Source: Myxococcota bacterium
GTDB taxonomy: Bacteria; Myxococcota_A; UBA9160; SZUA-336
Direction: 5' to 3'
DNA length: 64,000 bases
Assembly: GCA_965247115.1 (NCBI GenBank)
Contig: CBDFGR010000001.1
Location: 128,001 to 192,000 of the forward strand
The notes beneath the pieces are model-generated. The model made no database searches and was not told the origin of the DNA. It worked only from the letters and a program-made list of their open reading frames with translations. Both the position numbers and the translations under genes were made by a program. Positions 1-12,067 of the stretch are shown piece after piece (position 1 is the stretch's first letter; each line of letters starts with the position of its first letter).

Positions 1-2
1 TG

Positions 3-1043
3 CGGAGGGAGCTCGGCTGTGCGTGGACCGCGACGGCGCACACGCTCGACGACCAGGCGGAGACCGTACTGCTGAGGGCGATCCGGGGCAGCGGCCTGAC
101 AGGGCTCGCGGGCATTCACCCGAGGCTGGAGGACGGACGCGTCCTGCGTCCCACGCTTGGCTTGCGACGCGAGCTCTTGCAGAGCTACCTGCGGGAGCGC
201 GGGCTTGGCTGGCGCGAGGACCAGACGAACGCCGATGTCTCGATTCCGCGCAACCGACTCCGGGCCGAAGTCCTTCCTGTGCTGGAGCAGGTTCACTCCG
301 GCGCGGCGCGCAAGCTCGCCCAGCTGGCGCGGATTGCGCGCGAGACCGAGGCGGCTGCCGACCATGAGGTCGAGCGGCGCCTCGCACGGGCGACTTCCAG
401 GAGCGACGGCGGGGTGTGGCTCGACACGCGCGAGCTGGACTCGCTCGGAACCGAGCCGCGAGTGCGCGCGCTGAGGCTGCTACTCGGCCGTGCGGGACTG
501 GCCAACCGGGTCACGAGTGTGCACCTGCGCCGCGTCGAGACCTTCTGTTTCCATGCGGACCGGGCGCCCTCGCTCTCGCTGCCGCGCCAGCACATGTTGT
601 TCCGTGACGGCGCCCGGATCTGGCTCGGGCCGCTGCCCGGACCGCGCTTTCCCGCGCCCGTCAGCGTCTGGCTCGGGCCGCCGGACCGCCTCGAATTCCC
701 GGAACGAGATGTCCGTCTCAGCTGGAGAGAGCCGGACGAGCGCGCTCTCGGGGGGAACGCTCTGATCCTGCCTGCCCGACCCACCCCACTCCTGTGTATC
801 CGCAGCCCGCGCCCTGGGGACCGAGTCCTGCTGCGCGGCCGCAGAGCGCCAAAGCCGCTGGCAAAGCTGTTCCGCGCCGCACACTGGAGCAAGGGGGAGC
901 GGGCCAGGGCGCTCCTCGTCGAGAGTGCTGGCGAGATCGTCTGGGTGCCCGGGCTGACCGCTGCCGCTCCGCGCTCCGAGAGCGATTCGGGGGTCTGGCA
1001 GCTCGTCGTCGAGCCGCTTTCGAGGGCAGCGCAGAGTTGGTAA
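3..1043 (+). CDS. tilS: tRNA(Ile)-lysidine synthase (5'-truncated by window edge)
   Basis: Frame 3 is open from base 3 and reads TAHTLDDQAETVLLRAIRGSGLTGL. C-terminal RSPRPGDR..KPLAKLF segment matches TilS-C; lies directly before ftsH. Confidence 0.93.
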   Translation, partial: RRELGCAWTATAHTLDDQAETVLLRAIRGSGLTGLAGIHPRLEDGRVLRPTLGLRRELLQSYLRERGLGWREDQTNADVSIPRNRLRAEVLPVLEQVHSGAARKLAQLARIARETEAAADHEVERRLARATSRSDGGVWLDTRELDSLGTEPRVRALRLLLGRAGLANRVTSVHLRRVETFCFHADRAPSLSLPRQHMLFRDGARIWLGPLPGPRFPAPVSVWLGPPDRLEFPERDVRLSWREPDERALGGNALILPARPTPLLCIRSPRPGDRVLLRGRRAPKPLAKLFRAAHWSKGERARALLVESAGEIVWVPGLTAAAPRSESDSGVWQLVVEPLSRAAQSW

Positions 1044-1092
1044 GATTCTATGACTTCTCGCGTGCTTAGCGCGACCGCGGCACGGAGGCCGT

Positions 1093-3006
<1,914 letters not shown>

Positions 3007-3030
3007 CCCCTCGAACAGGAGTGAGTCGGC

Positions 3031-3879
3031 GTGACCGAGGCGCTCTTCGAATGGCTCACTGACCTCTCGACGTCGCTGTCCGAGAACTTCCACCCGGTCT
3101 GGGACACGCTCGACATCTTCGTCGTGGCCTGTGCAGTCTATTGGCTCCTGATGCGGATCCGCGGCACACGCGCCGCACAGATGACCCTGGGCCTGTTGAT
3201 CCTGGTCCTGATCTGGCGCCTGAGCGATCTCTTCGAGCTTGCCACCGTCGGGTTCCTGCTCGACCGCTTCTGGACCTCGGGGCTGATCATCCTGATCATC
3301 ATCTTCCAGAGCGACATCCGCCGGGCGCTGACACGGGTCGGTGGCGGTCTGTTCGCTGCCGGCCGCAGCCAGGGGGCGCGCTCGATCGAGGAGATCGTGC
3401 GTGCCTGTCAGGCGCTGGCGCAGCGGCGTGTCGGTGCGCTGCTCGCGATCGAGCGCGAGATCGAGATCGGCGAGTTCGTGGAGCCCGGAACGACGCTCGA
3501 CGCCGAGCTCTCGCGCGACCTGCTGATCGCCTTGTTCCTGCCGTACTCGCCCCTTCACGACGGCGCGGTGGTGATCCGGCGCGACCGCATTGCCTCGGCA
3601 GGCTGCATCCTGCCGCTCGCCCTGCGGAGCGACATCCCGACGGCCCTCGGGACGCGGCACCGGGCAGCCGTCGGCATCACGGAGGAGACCGATGCCCTCG
3701 TGGTGGTGGTCTCGGAAGAGACGGGCAGAATCTCGCTTGTGACGGCTGGTGAGATCGCCGAAGACCTCGACGGCCCGCACCTTCGGGAGGCGCTGCGGCG
3801 GCTTACCGGCGGAGCTCGCGGTGAGTCGATGGACCTGGAGGAGTCGCTCCAGGAGCCCGCCCCGCAGAGTGCGAGCTGA
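3031..3879 (+). CDS. cdaA: Diadenylate cyclase CdaA/DacA
   Basis: Three N-terminal TM helices, PLHDGA and GTRHRAA catalytic motifs; cdaA-cdaR-glmM order. Confidence 0.95.
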   Translation: MTEALFEWLTDLSTSLSENFHPVWDTLDIFVVACAVYWLLMRIRGTRAAQMTLGLLILVLIWRLSDLFELATVGFLLDRFWTSGLIILIIIFQSDIRRALTRVGGGLFAAGRSQGARSIEEIVRACQALAQRRVGALLAIEREIEIGEFVEPGTTLDAELSRDLLIALFLPYSPLHDGAVVIRRDRIASAGCILPLALRSDIPTALGTRHRAAVGITEETDALVVVVSEETGRISLVTAGEIAEDLDGPHLREALRRLTGGARGESMDLEESLQEPAPQSAS

Positions 3880-3882
3880 GCC

Positions 3883-4560
3883 GTGCGGATCTTCGACAAC
3901 CTGATCTACAAGATCGCAGCGCTCCTGGTGGCCACTGTGCTGTGGGCGACTGCGCAGGGCTTCCGCTCGGTCGAGCAGGGACTGGACCTGCCGATCGTTC
4001 TGCAAGACGTGCCTTCGGAGCTCGTCGCGGTCGACCAGTCTGCGCACGAGATCAACCTGCGCATCGTCGGTAGCCGGGCTGCCCTGCGCCAGGCTGAGAA
4101 GAACCTGCTCCGGTATCCGCTCTCCCTGTCCGACATCAAGCCCGGAGAGGCCCGCTTCTCGGTCACCACGGACCAGCTCAGTCTGCCTCGAGGGGCGCGC
4201 ATCTCGGCGCGCTCCCCCTCGACGATCACGCTCCAGATCGAGCGTGTGCTGACGAAGCGCGTCAAGGTGCGTCCGGACCTGGGCGGCGCGCTGCCAGAAG
4301 GCCTGCGCGTGGAGGCGGTCAGCGTGGAGCCCGGGGAGGTCGTCCTGGAGGGTGCCCGGAGCAGTATGCGCCGGATTCGCGAGGTGATGACCGACCGGAT
4401 CGACCTCGCACGCCTGCGGGAGACCACTACCCTGGAGACCACCCTGATTCTGGGCTATCCGCACGTCTGGAGGCAGGAGCCGGAGAACGGTCCCGTGCGC
4501 GTACACATCGATGTCGTGGCCGACCCGCAGGAGGGCGAGCTGGACGGGACCACGAGCTGA
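3883..4560 (+). CDS. cdaR: CdaR/YbbR-like regulator of CdaA
   Basis: N-terminal KIAALLVATVLW anchor followed by YbbR-like beta domains; sits between cdaA and glmM. Confidence 0.88.
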   Translation: MRIFDNLIYKIAALLVATVLWATAQGFRSVEQGLDLPIVLQDVPSELVAVDQSAHEINLRIVGSRAALRQAEKNLLRYPLSLSDIKPGEARFSVTTDQLSLPRGARISARSPSTITLQIERVLTKRVKVRPDLGGALPEGLRVEAVSVEPGEVVLEGARSSMRRIREVMTDRIDLARLRETTTLETTLILGYPHVWRQEPENGPVRVHIDVVADPQEGELDGTTS

Positions 4561-4576
4561 TGGAGGTGGCCGAGTC

Positions 4577-5947
4577 ATGAGCGAGCGCGAGCTCTTCGGA
4601 ACGGATGGGATCCGCGGCCGCGCGAACGTGTATCCCATGACCGCCGAGGTGCTGATGGAGGTTGGACGCGCCATGGCCCACGTCTTCCGGCTCGGCGGCA
4701 CCGGCTCGCACCAGGTCCTGATCGCCAAGGACACGCGCCGCTCCGGCTACATGTTGGAGGACGCGCTGGCCGCCGGCCTTTGCTCCATGGGCGTGAACGT
4801 TCTGCAGGTCGGCCCGATGCCGACACCAGGCCTCGCCTTCCTGACGGCCGACATGCGCTGCGACGCCGGCGCCATGATCTCCGCCTCGCACAATCCCTTC
4901 CAGGACAACGGGGTCAAGTTCTTCTCCCGCGAAGGCTTCAAGCTCCCGGACGCCGTGGAGGTCGAGATCGAACGCCTCGTACACTCCGCCGAGCTCGCCG
5001 ACCAGCGCCCGGTCGGTGCCGATCTAGGCTATGCGCGCCGGATCGACGAGGCTGGCGGCCGCTACATCGTGTTCCTCAAGAAGACCTTTCCACGGGAGTA
5101 CACGCTCGAGGGGCTGCGTATCGCGGTGGACTGCGCCAACGGTGCGGCCTACAGGGTTGCGCCGGCCGTGCTCGCAGAGCTCGGCGCGGAGGTGATCCCG
5201 GTCGGGACCGAGCCGAACGGTGTGAACATCAACGCGGGCTGCGGTGCCCTGTATCCACAGAACGTGGCCCAGACGGTGCGCGAGTACCGTGCGGATCTCG
5301 GGATCGCGCTCGACGGAGATGCAGACCGCGTGATCATGGCCGCCGAGGACGGGACGATCGTCGACGGGGATCACATCCTGGCGATGTGCGCGCTGGAGAT
5401 GCAGAAGAGCGGCACGCTCTCGGGTGGTGCCGTGGTTGCGACGGTCATGAGCAATCTCGGCTTGGAGCGCGCGCTCCAGCGGGCGGGCATCGAGCTCGTG
5501 CGCTGCGACGTGGGCGACCGCTACGTGGTGGAGACGATGCTCCGCCATAACCTCAACCTGGGTGGCGAGCAGTCCGGGCACCTGATCTTTCTCGACCACA
5601 TCGCCACGGGTGACGGGATCCTCTCCGCGCTGCAGGTGCTCGCGCTCATGTGTCGGGAGCAGCAACCGCTCTCGCAGCTCGCCCGCCTGATGGAGCCCGT
5701 TCCCCAGGTGCTGCGAAGCGTGCGGGTGCGCGCCAAGCCTCCACTCGGGGAGCTCGAGCGCCTGCAAACGAAGGTGAGCGATATCGAGGCCGAGCTCGGT
5801 ACCGAGGGCCGAGTCGTGGTTCGCTACTCCGGGACCGAGCCGCTGGCGCGCGTGATGATCGAAGGCGACGATGCCCGCCGAATCGAGACGCTGGCCGCAG
5901 AGTGCTGCGAGGAGATCACCAAGGCACTGGGGGAGGACGTCGAGTGA
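4577..5947 (+). CDS. glmM: Phosphoglucosamine mutase
   Basis: [28 protein letters not shown] and RYSGTEP motifs. Start placed at ATG 4577 after GGAGG. Confidence 0.97.
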   Translation: MSERELFGTDGIRGRANVYPMTAEVLMEVGRAMAHVFRLGGTGSHQVLIAKDTRRSGYMLEDALAAGLCSMGVNVLQVGPMPTPGLAFLTADMRCDAGAMISASHNPFQDNGVKFFSREGFKLPDAVEVEIERLVHSAELADQRPVGADLGYARRIDEAGGRYIVFLKKTFPREYTLEGLRIAVDCANGAAYRVAPAVLAELGAEVIPVGTEPNGVNINAGCGALYPQNVAQTVREYRADLGIALDGDADRVIMAAEDGTIVDGDHILAMCALEMQKSGTLSGGAVVATVMSNLGLERALQRAGIELVRCDVGDRYVVETMLRHNLNLGGEQSGHLIFLDHIATGDGILSALQVLALMCREQQPLSQLARLMEPVPQVLRSVRVRAKPPLGELERLQTKVSDIEAELGTEGRVVVRYSGTEPLARVMIEGDDARRIETLAAECCEEITKALGEDVE

Positions 5948-6657
5948 GCCGACCCCGACTGGTTGTGAATGTGGACCACGTGGCCACCCTGCGTCAGGCG
6001 CGGCGGGGCGTCGAGCCCGACCCGGTCGCGGCCGCGACCCTCGCTCTGCTTGGCGGCGCCGAAGGCATCGTCGTCCATTTGCGCGAGGATCGGCGTCACA
6101 TTCAGGATCGTGACGTGCGCCTCCTGCGCCAGGTCGTGCATGGGCTCTTCTGCCTCGAGATGGCCGCCACGCAGGAGATGCTCAAGGTTGCTCTCGAGGT
6201 GCGACCCAGCTCCGTCACGCTCGTTCCCGAGCGGCGCGAAGAGCTCACGACCGAAGGCGGCCTGGATCTGGTCGGGCAGCTGGGCGAGATCGGAGAGGTC
6301 GTGCGCACGCTCGGCGAGTCGGAGATCCGCAGCTGCGTGTTCATCGATCCAGACCTGGATCAGATCAAGGCCGCCCACCGTGTCGGGGTGCAGGCCGTCG
6401 AGGTCCACACGGGACGCTACGCTGACGCCGGGGACGCCGCCCAGGACGAGCTCCGGCGCGTCTGTGATGCCGTGCGCCTGGCTGCGAAGCTGAAGCTCGA
6501 AGTGGGCGTCGGGCACGGGCTCGACTATCAGAACGTGCGGCCGCTGGTCGACGTCGAGCAGATCGAGGAGTATTCGATCGGACACTCCATCGTGTCACGG
6601 GCCGCCCTGGTCGGCATGGAGCGCGCCGTCTTCGAGATGCGTTCCCTTGTCGGCTGA
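5944..6657 (+). CDS. pdxJ: Pyridoxine 5'-phosphate synthase
   Basis: [27 protein letters not shown] and GHGL motifs. GTG start overlaps the glmM stop. Confidence 0.96.
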   Translation: MSRPRLVVNVDHVATLRQARRGVEPDPVAAATLALLGGAEGIVVHLREDRRHIQDRDVRLLRQVVHGLFCLEMAATQEMLKVALEVRPSSVTLVPERREELTTEGGLDLVGQLGEIGEVVRTLGESEIRSCVFIDPDLDQIKAAHRVGVQAVEVHTGRYADAGDAAQDELRRVCDAVRLAAKLKLEVGVGHGLDYQNVRPLVDVEQIEEYSIGHSIVSRAALVGMERAVFEMRSLVG

Positions 6658-7039
6658 GCTCGTCGGCGTCGCCGTTCGCCTGATCGAGGTCGAGCGTCTG
6701 CGGCGCGCGCTGGAGCGCTTCGGCGATCGGCTGCGTTCGCGGGTCTTCACGTCCGCCGAGCTGGCCTATGCAGCCCGCAAGCGAAACGGGGAGCAGAATC
6801 TGGCCGCCCGGCTCGCGGCAAAGCTCGCCGCGCGACAGCTGCTGCGCGAGAGCTCCGGCTCGAGTGCGCGGCTCCGCGATCTCGAGGTCGTGCGCAAGCG
6901 CAGCGGCGAGCCGGAGCTGCGCGTGCGGGACGGGCAGCGCCTGCCGGTCTCTCTGACCCACGACGCGCGCTTCGCCCTGGCAAGCGTCTGGCTGGAGGGG
7001 CCTCGCCGGCCTATCTCGCGATGTACAAGCGCCGGGTAG
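6647..7039 (+). CDS. acpS: AcpS-like holo-ACP synthase homologue with degenerate catalytic motifs
   Basis: Position after pdx[21 protein letters not shown] and SLTHD segments match the AcpS fold. The GxD and KEA motifs are altered. Confidence 0.8.
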   Translation: MSAELVGVAVRLIEVERLRRALERFGDRLRSRVFTSAELAYAARKRNGEQNLAARLAAKLAARQLLRESSGSSARLRDLEVVRKRSGEPELRVRDGQRLPVSLTHDARFALASVWLEGPRRPISRCTSAG

Positions 7040-7043
7040 CGGT

Positions 7044-8633
7044 GTGAGTCTGCACGAGCTCCGGGCAGGGGGGTGGCCGTGCCCGACCGGCACCGAGATG
7101 GGCCACGTCGACGCCTATGCGATCGAGACGTGCGGCATTCCGGGACGCGTGCTGATGGAGGCCGCGGGCCGTGCGGTCGCAGAGGCCGTGCGGCGCGCGT
7201 ACCCCGACACACGGCGTCCGCTCGTGGTCTGCGGCGGCGGCAACAACGGCGGTGACGGCTTCGTGATCTCGCGTTTGCTCCGCGACTGGGACCGCACCTG
7301 TCGACCGGTCGTGATCTCCTTTGCGGAGCAGGAGCGCCAGAGCCCGGAGGCGCGGGAGAATCTCGAGCTTCTGCTGAGCTCTGGAGTAGAAGTCACTGTC
7401 AGGCCGGGCCCGAAGGAGATTAAAGGACTCCTCGAGGGTTGCGACCTCTTGATCGATGCGGTCTTCGGCGTCGGCCTCTCCCGCTCGATCGAGGGTCCGC
7501 TCGCGGAGATCCTCCGCGCGCTCGCTGAGGCACGCCTGCCGACGGTGGCTGTGGATCTGCCGACCGGCATCTCGAGCGATCGGGGCACCGTGCTCGGGAC
7601 CGAGCTGCCGAGCGACGTGGTGGTCACGCTCGGCTTGCCAAAGCTCGGACTCGCCCTGCACCCCCGCTTCGCCGACGTCTGGGTCGCGGACATCGGCCTG
7701 CCGGCGGGCGCCGTGAAGCAAGCTGGCATCCGCCAGTTCCTGCTGAGCGCGGCTGCGGCGGCGCGCCTGCTGCCGGGCCGACCCCGCGAGGGGCACAAGG
7801 GCAGCTTTGGCCATGTGCTCGTGGTCGCGGGCTCGCTCGGAAAGACGGGTGCGGGCGTGCTGGCCGCCGAGGGCGCACTTCGCGCCGGCGCGGGTCTGGT
7901 CACCGTCGGCGTCCCCAGGAGCCTAAACTCGATCTTCGAGACCAAGCTGACAGAAGCGATGAGCCTGCCCGTGGGAGACGACGCTCCCTACCTCAGTGCG
8001 GACTCCATCGCGCTGCTGGCCAGCGAGGCCGCGAGGCGAGACGCGCTGGTCCTGGGACCGGGGCTCGGAACCGAGTCCGCGACGGTCGAGCTCGCGGTCG
8101 CGCTGCTCGAGCAGGTCACCGTCCCGGCGGTCGTCGACGCCGATGGGCTGAACGCCTTTGCGGGTCGGCCCGAGGCCATCGCGAGCTCCGCCCCGAGGGT
8201 GCTCACCCCGCATCCGGGCGAGGCTGCCCGCCTGCTGGGCTGGGCGAACGCCGCCGTGCAGGCCGACCGGGTCGGGGCGGCTCGCGCGCTAGCTGAGCGC
8301 TCGCGCGCGGTAGTCCTGCTCAAGGGCGCGAGGAGCCTGATCGCCTCGCCCGACGGAGAGCTGTGGATCAACCCGACGGGCGGCCCTGGGCTGGCCAGCG
8401 GAGGAACCGGGGACGTGCTGGCGGGCGTGGTCGGCGCCCTGCTGGCCCAACAGCTTCCGCCCCTCGATGCGGCGCGCCTCGGTGCCTATCTCCACGGCCT
8501 GGCCGGTGACCTCGGTCCCGCGGTCGGCGGACTGGCCGGGGAGGTCGCGGCGCGTCTCCCGGTAGCCTGGCAGCAGCTTCTGGAGCGAGAGGATGAGATC
8601 CGTGAGCCGGGACCGCTTACTCGCTTCCCGTAG
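7044..8633 (+). CDS. nnr: Bifunctional NAD(P)H-hydrate epimerase/dehydratase
   Basis: LMEAAG, GGGNNGGDG, DAVFGVG, HKGSFG, DADGLN, TPHPGEA and GGTGDVLAG motifs. Confidence 0.95.
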   Translation: MSLHELRAGGWPCPTGTEMGHVDAYAIETCGIPGRVLMEAAGRAVAEAVRRAYPDTRRPLVVCGGGNNGGDGFVISRLLRDWDRTCRPVVISFAEQERQSPEARENLELLLSSGVEVTVRPGPKEIKGLLEGCDLLIDAVFGVGLSRSIEGPLAEILRALAEARLPTVAVDLPTGISSDRGTVLGTELPSDVVVTLGLPKLGLALHPRFADVWVADIGLPAGAVKQAGIRQFLLSAAAAARLLPGRPREGHKGSFGHVLVVAGSLGKTGAGVLAAEGALRAGAGLVTVGVPRSLNSIFETKLTEAMSLPVGDDAPYLSADSIALLASEAARRDALVLGPGLGTESATVELAVALLEQVTVPAVVDADGLNAFAGRPEAIASSAPRVLTPHPGEAARLLGWANAAVQADRVGAARALAERSRAVVLLKGARSLIASPDGELWINPTGGPGLASGGTGDVLAGVVGALLAQQLPPLDAARLGAYLHGLAGDLGPAVGGLAGEVAARLPVAWQQLLEREDEIREPGPLTRFP

Positions 8634-9081
8634 CGCGGAGGAAACTCGCCGGCTGGGCGCCCTGCTCGGAGAGCTTCTGGTGGGCGGCGACGTCGTCGGC
8701 GTGTCCGGCGAGCTCGGAGCGGGGAAGACCTGCCTGGTGCAGGGCATCGCGCTCGGCCTCGGCGTCGATCCGGCGATCCCCGTCACCAGCCCGACCTTCA
8801 CGCTGGTTGGCGAGTACCCAGGTCGCGTCGCCTTGCGGCATGCGGACTTCTACCGAGTAGAGAGCTACGCTCGACTCGACGCTGCGGGCTTCGTCGACCT
8901 GCTCGACAGCTCCGGAGTCCTGGTCGTCGAGTGGCCGGAGCGCTTTCCAGAGGCCCTGCCGGAGGAGCGCCTCGAGTTCACGATCGAGCTCGTCTCGGAG
9001 TCCGCGCGGCGACTCCGGCTCGCGTGCAAGGGAGAGCGTGCCGAGCAAGTGGGAAGGAGGCTCTGCGAGAAATGGGGCTGA
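8593..9081 (+). CDS. tsaE: tRNA threonylcarbamoyladenosine biosynthesis ATPase
   Basis: GELGAGKT, SPTFTL, HADFYR and VEWPE motifs. Start could alternatively be GTG 8602. Confidence 0.95.
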   Translation: MRSVSRDRLLASRSAEETRRLGALLGELLVGGDVVGVSGELGAGKTCLVQGIALGLGVDPAIPVTSPTFTLVGEYPGRVALRHADFYRVESYARLDAAGFVDLLDSSGVLVVEWPERFPEALPEERLEFTIELVSESARRLRLACKGERAEQVGRRLCEKWG

Positions 9082-10310
9082 TCGTTCAGAAGTTCGGCGG
9101 CACCTCTGTCGAGGACATCGCCAGGATCCACCGGGTCGCGCGCCGCGCGGTCGACGCGCAGAAGGCGGGGAACGACATCGTGGTCGTGGTCTCTGCGATG
9201 GCGGGCGAGACGAACGAGCTCGTGGAGCTGGCTGCGGAGGTGACGGGTGCGCCCGATCCGCGCGAGTACGACGTGCTGGTCTCCACCGGCGAGCAGAAGA
9301 GCGCGGCCCTGCTGGCCATGGCGATCCAGGTGCTCGGCGTGCCGGCTCGCTCGTTGCTCGCCAGCCAGGTGAAGATTCACACGGACAGCCAGCACGGGCG
9401 TGCTCGCATCCACCGGATCGATGGCGAGCTCATCCGCGCCGAGCTCGAGCGCGGCGCGGTCGTCGTCGTGCCGGGCTTTCAGGGCGTGTCCCCGCAGGGC
9501 GACATCACGACCATCGGTCGCGGGGGATCAGACACCAGCGCGGTTGCCCTTGCGGCTGCACTCTCTGCCGACGTCTGCGAGATCTACAGCGACGTCGAGG
9601 GCGTGTTCACGAGCGATCCGAACGTCGTGCCCAAGGCCCGCAAGCTCTCACGCGTCTCGCACGACGAGATGCTCGAGATGGCGAGTCTCGGTGCCAGGAT
9701 CCTGCAGACGCGGTCGGTCAAGTTCGGCAAGCAGTTCGGCGTGCCTATCCACGTGCGCAGCAGCTTCAACGACAAGGAGGGGACCTGGGTGGTTCCAGAG
9801 AACGAGATCATGGAGCGCCTGATCGTCTCGGGCGTGACCTACAACCGTGACGAGGCGAAGATCACCATCTTCGGGGTGTCCGACGTCCCCGGGGTGGCCG
9901 CCCGCATCTTCGTGCCCATGTCGGAGTCCGGAATCGTCGTCGACGTCATCGTCCAGAACGTGTCAACGCAGGGGCACACAGACGTGACCTTTACGGTTGC
10001 GCGCTCGGACCTCGAACGCGCGCTACCGATCGCGGAACGTCTGGTCGAGGAGCTCGGCGCGGTCGGCGTGGAGAGCAATGACGCGATCGCAAAGATCTCC
10101 GTGGTCGGCCTTGGCATGAAGGACCACGCCGGCGTTGCGGCCAAGATGTTCAAGGCGCTCTCGGACGAGGGCATCAACATCGAGATGATCAACACGTCCG
10201 AGATCAAGATCTCGGTTGTCGTGGAGGAGAAGTACACCGAGCTCGCGTGCCGCACTCTCCACGACGCCTTCGAGCTGGAGCAGATCGAGCCGGAGCAGGA
10301 GGAGCTCTGA
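9072..10310 (+). CDS. lysC: Aspartate kinase
   Basis: VQKFGGTS, VVSAM, GRGGSDTSA and two ACT domains; ATG 9072. Confidence 0.97.
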   Translation: MGLIVQKFGGTSVEDIARIHRVARRAVDAQKAGNDIVVVVSAMAGETNELVELAAEVTGAPDPREYDVLVSTGEQKSAALLAMAIQVLGVPARSLLASQVKIHTDSQHGRARIHRIDGELIRAELERGAVVVVPGFQGVSPQGDITTIGRGGSDTSAVALAAALSADVCEIYSDVEGVFTSDPNVVPKARKLSRVSHDEMLEMASLGARILQTRSVKFGKQFGVPIHVRSSFNDKEGTWVVPENEIMERLIVSGVTYNRDEAKITIFGVSDVPGVAARIFVPMSESGIVVDVIVQNVSTQGHTDVTFTVARSDLERALPIAERLVEELGAVGVESNDAIAKISVVGLGMKDHAGVAAKMFKALSDEGINIEMINTSEIKISVVVEEKYTELACRTLHDAFELEQIEPEQEEL

Positions 10311-10762
10311 AGGACCTGCCCCGGGTCCCGCGGGTACACAGTGCTCGAGGGCTGCTCTGGGCGGGCCTCTCTCTTGCGACGCTCGCCCACGTGTGGGCCC
10401 CTGCAGCGCCACCGGACGTGGCGGTCGTTCGCACGGCCGGCGGCTGTCGCCTCGACGCAGCCGGCAGTCTCCCATGTCCGTGCCGGAGCACGCCCGCGAA
10501 GATCCGGGTCCTGCTCCGTCTCCCGCTGCCACTCAATTCTGCCAGTGCGAGCGATCTCGAGGCGATCCGCGGGATCGGTCCGGTGCGCGCCGCAGCCATT
10601 ACCGCGGAGCGGGAGATCCGTGGTGCGTTCGCGTCCGTGGGCGCGCTCAAGCGGGTTCGCGGCGTGGGTCCGGTCATGGCCGAGCGTCTCGGCGAATTCC
10701 TCTTCGTGGGAGGGGTGGATCCGGCCTGCTCGATGAGCGGGTCGCAGCCCTCGTCACCGTGA
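10307..10762 (+). CDS. ComEA-like helix-hairpin-helix DNA-binding protein (start uncertain)
   Basis: LNSASASDLEAIRGIGP...LKRVRGVGP HhH pair with a hydrophobic N-terminal stretch. No canonical start before that stretch after lysC. Confidence 0.75.
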   Translation: MKDLPRVPRVHSARGLLWAGLSLATLAHVWAPAAPPDVAVVRTAGGCRLDAAGSLPCPCRSTPAKIRVLLRLPLPLNSASASDLEAIRGIGPVRAAAITAEREIRGAFASVGALKRVRGVGPVMAERLGEFLFVGGVDPACSMSGSQPSSP

Positions 10763-10854
10763 GGGGCCAGGAGGCGTCAGCAACGTCCCTTGGCGCGGGC
10801 GCGTCCGGCCTTGAAAGTGCATGAAGCCCGATTGCGACCGATACGGGTTCAGCA

Positions 10855-12051
10855 ATGGTGGCTTGGACGAACCAGATCCTGGCCCGACCCGTGGGAGTCT
10901 GGCGCCGCTCGTACACGGTGCGCTGCCTGGGTCGGACCCTGACCGGCTTCCTGCGCGACCGCTGCGCCCTGCGCGCCTCTGCCCTCACGTTCACAAGTCT
11001 GCTCGCGCTGGTGCCGTTCCTTGCGGTCGTCCTGGCTCTTCTCAAGGGCGCGGGCTTCGAGGAATCGCTCCGTCCCTTCCTGCTGACCAGAGTTCCGGTC
11101 CTGGGCGAGGTCCTGGTCGACCAGCTCCTGGCATACATCGATCGGGCGAACGCGCAGGCGGTCGGCGGCATCGGCTTTGCGGCGCTCTTGTTCTCGTCCT
11201 GGACGTTGCTCTTCAACGTCGAGAACTCGTTGAACCACATCCTGGGCGTGCGCAAGCCGCGCAGCACGCTTTTGCGCTTCGGCGAGTACGTCGCGATGCT
11301 GATCGTGGGCACCACGATCCTCGTGGCGTCGACACTGCTGCAGACCGTGCTCGGCAACCCCATGCTCTTCCAGAAGCTGATCGGGCCAGCCGCCGCGAGC
11401 GGCTTCTCGGGAGTGGCGCTGACGACACTTCCCTGGCTCAGTGTCTGGGTGGGGTTCGCGTTCCTGTACAGCTGGATGCCGGCGATCCGCCTCCAGGCCG
11501 AGGCGCGCATGCTCGCGGCCTTCGTTGCCGGTACGCTCTTCCAGCTCGTTCAGCTCGGCTATATCGAGCTGCAGCTCGGCTTTGCCCGCCTGCACGTGAT
11601 CTACGGTGCGCTCGCTCAGCTACCCATCGTGCTGGTCTGGATTTACCTGTCGTGGCTGGTCGTATTGCTCGGCGCGGAGCTCGCTAGCGCCTTCACCACC
11701 CGCCGCATCGCGAAAGACCCCGGCGCCATCAGGGGTCCGCGGAGCGCCGTGCCGCCGCTCGCGCTGGGGCTGATGGCCCTGCGCGCGACCCTCGCGGCCT
11801 TCCGGTCGGGAGCCGGCACGCAGCGCGCCGACGAGTTGGCGGCGCGCTTCGATACCAGCGCCCACGCCGTCCGAGAGGCTGTGGAGCCGCTGCTCCGGGC
11901 GGGGATCCTGGTGGAGCCGGACGCAGAGCATGGCTATCTCCCGGCGACCTCTCCTTCGACGATCTCGCTCGAGCGGGCGCTCCTCGCGCTTGGTGAGGAG
12001 CTCGTCCTCGAGGAGGAGGCGAGACCCACAAGCCGCTCCCGCCGCGAGTAG
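10855..12051 (+). CDS. YihY/BrkB family inner-membrane protein with C-terminal HTH-like extension
   Basis: ASALTFTSLLALVP and IYGALAQLPIVLVWIYLSWLVVLLGAE motifs. Confidence 0.9.
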   Translation: MVAWTNQILARPVGVWRRSYTVRCLGRTLTGFLRDRCALRASALTFTSLLALVPFLAVVLALLKGAGFEESLRPFLLTRVPVLGEVLVDQLLAYIDRANAQAVGGIGFAALLFSSWTLLFNVENSLNHILGVRKPRSTLLRFGEYVAMLIVGTTILVASTLLQTVLGNPMLFQKLIGPAAASGFSGVALTTLPWLSVWVGFAFLYSWMPAIRLQAEARMLAAFVAGTLFQLVQLGYIELQLGFARLHVIYGALAQLPIVLVWIYLSWLVVLLGAELASAFTTRRIAKDPGAIRGPRSAVPPLALGLMALRATLAAFRSGAGTQRADELAARFDTSAHAVREAVEPLLRAGILVEPDAEHGYLPATSPSTISLERALLALGEELVLEEEARPTSRSRRE

Positions 12052-12067
12052 CTACCCTTACCCGGCC

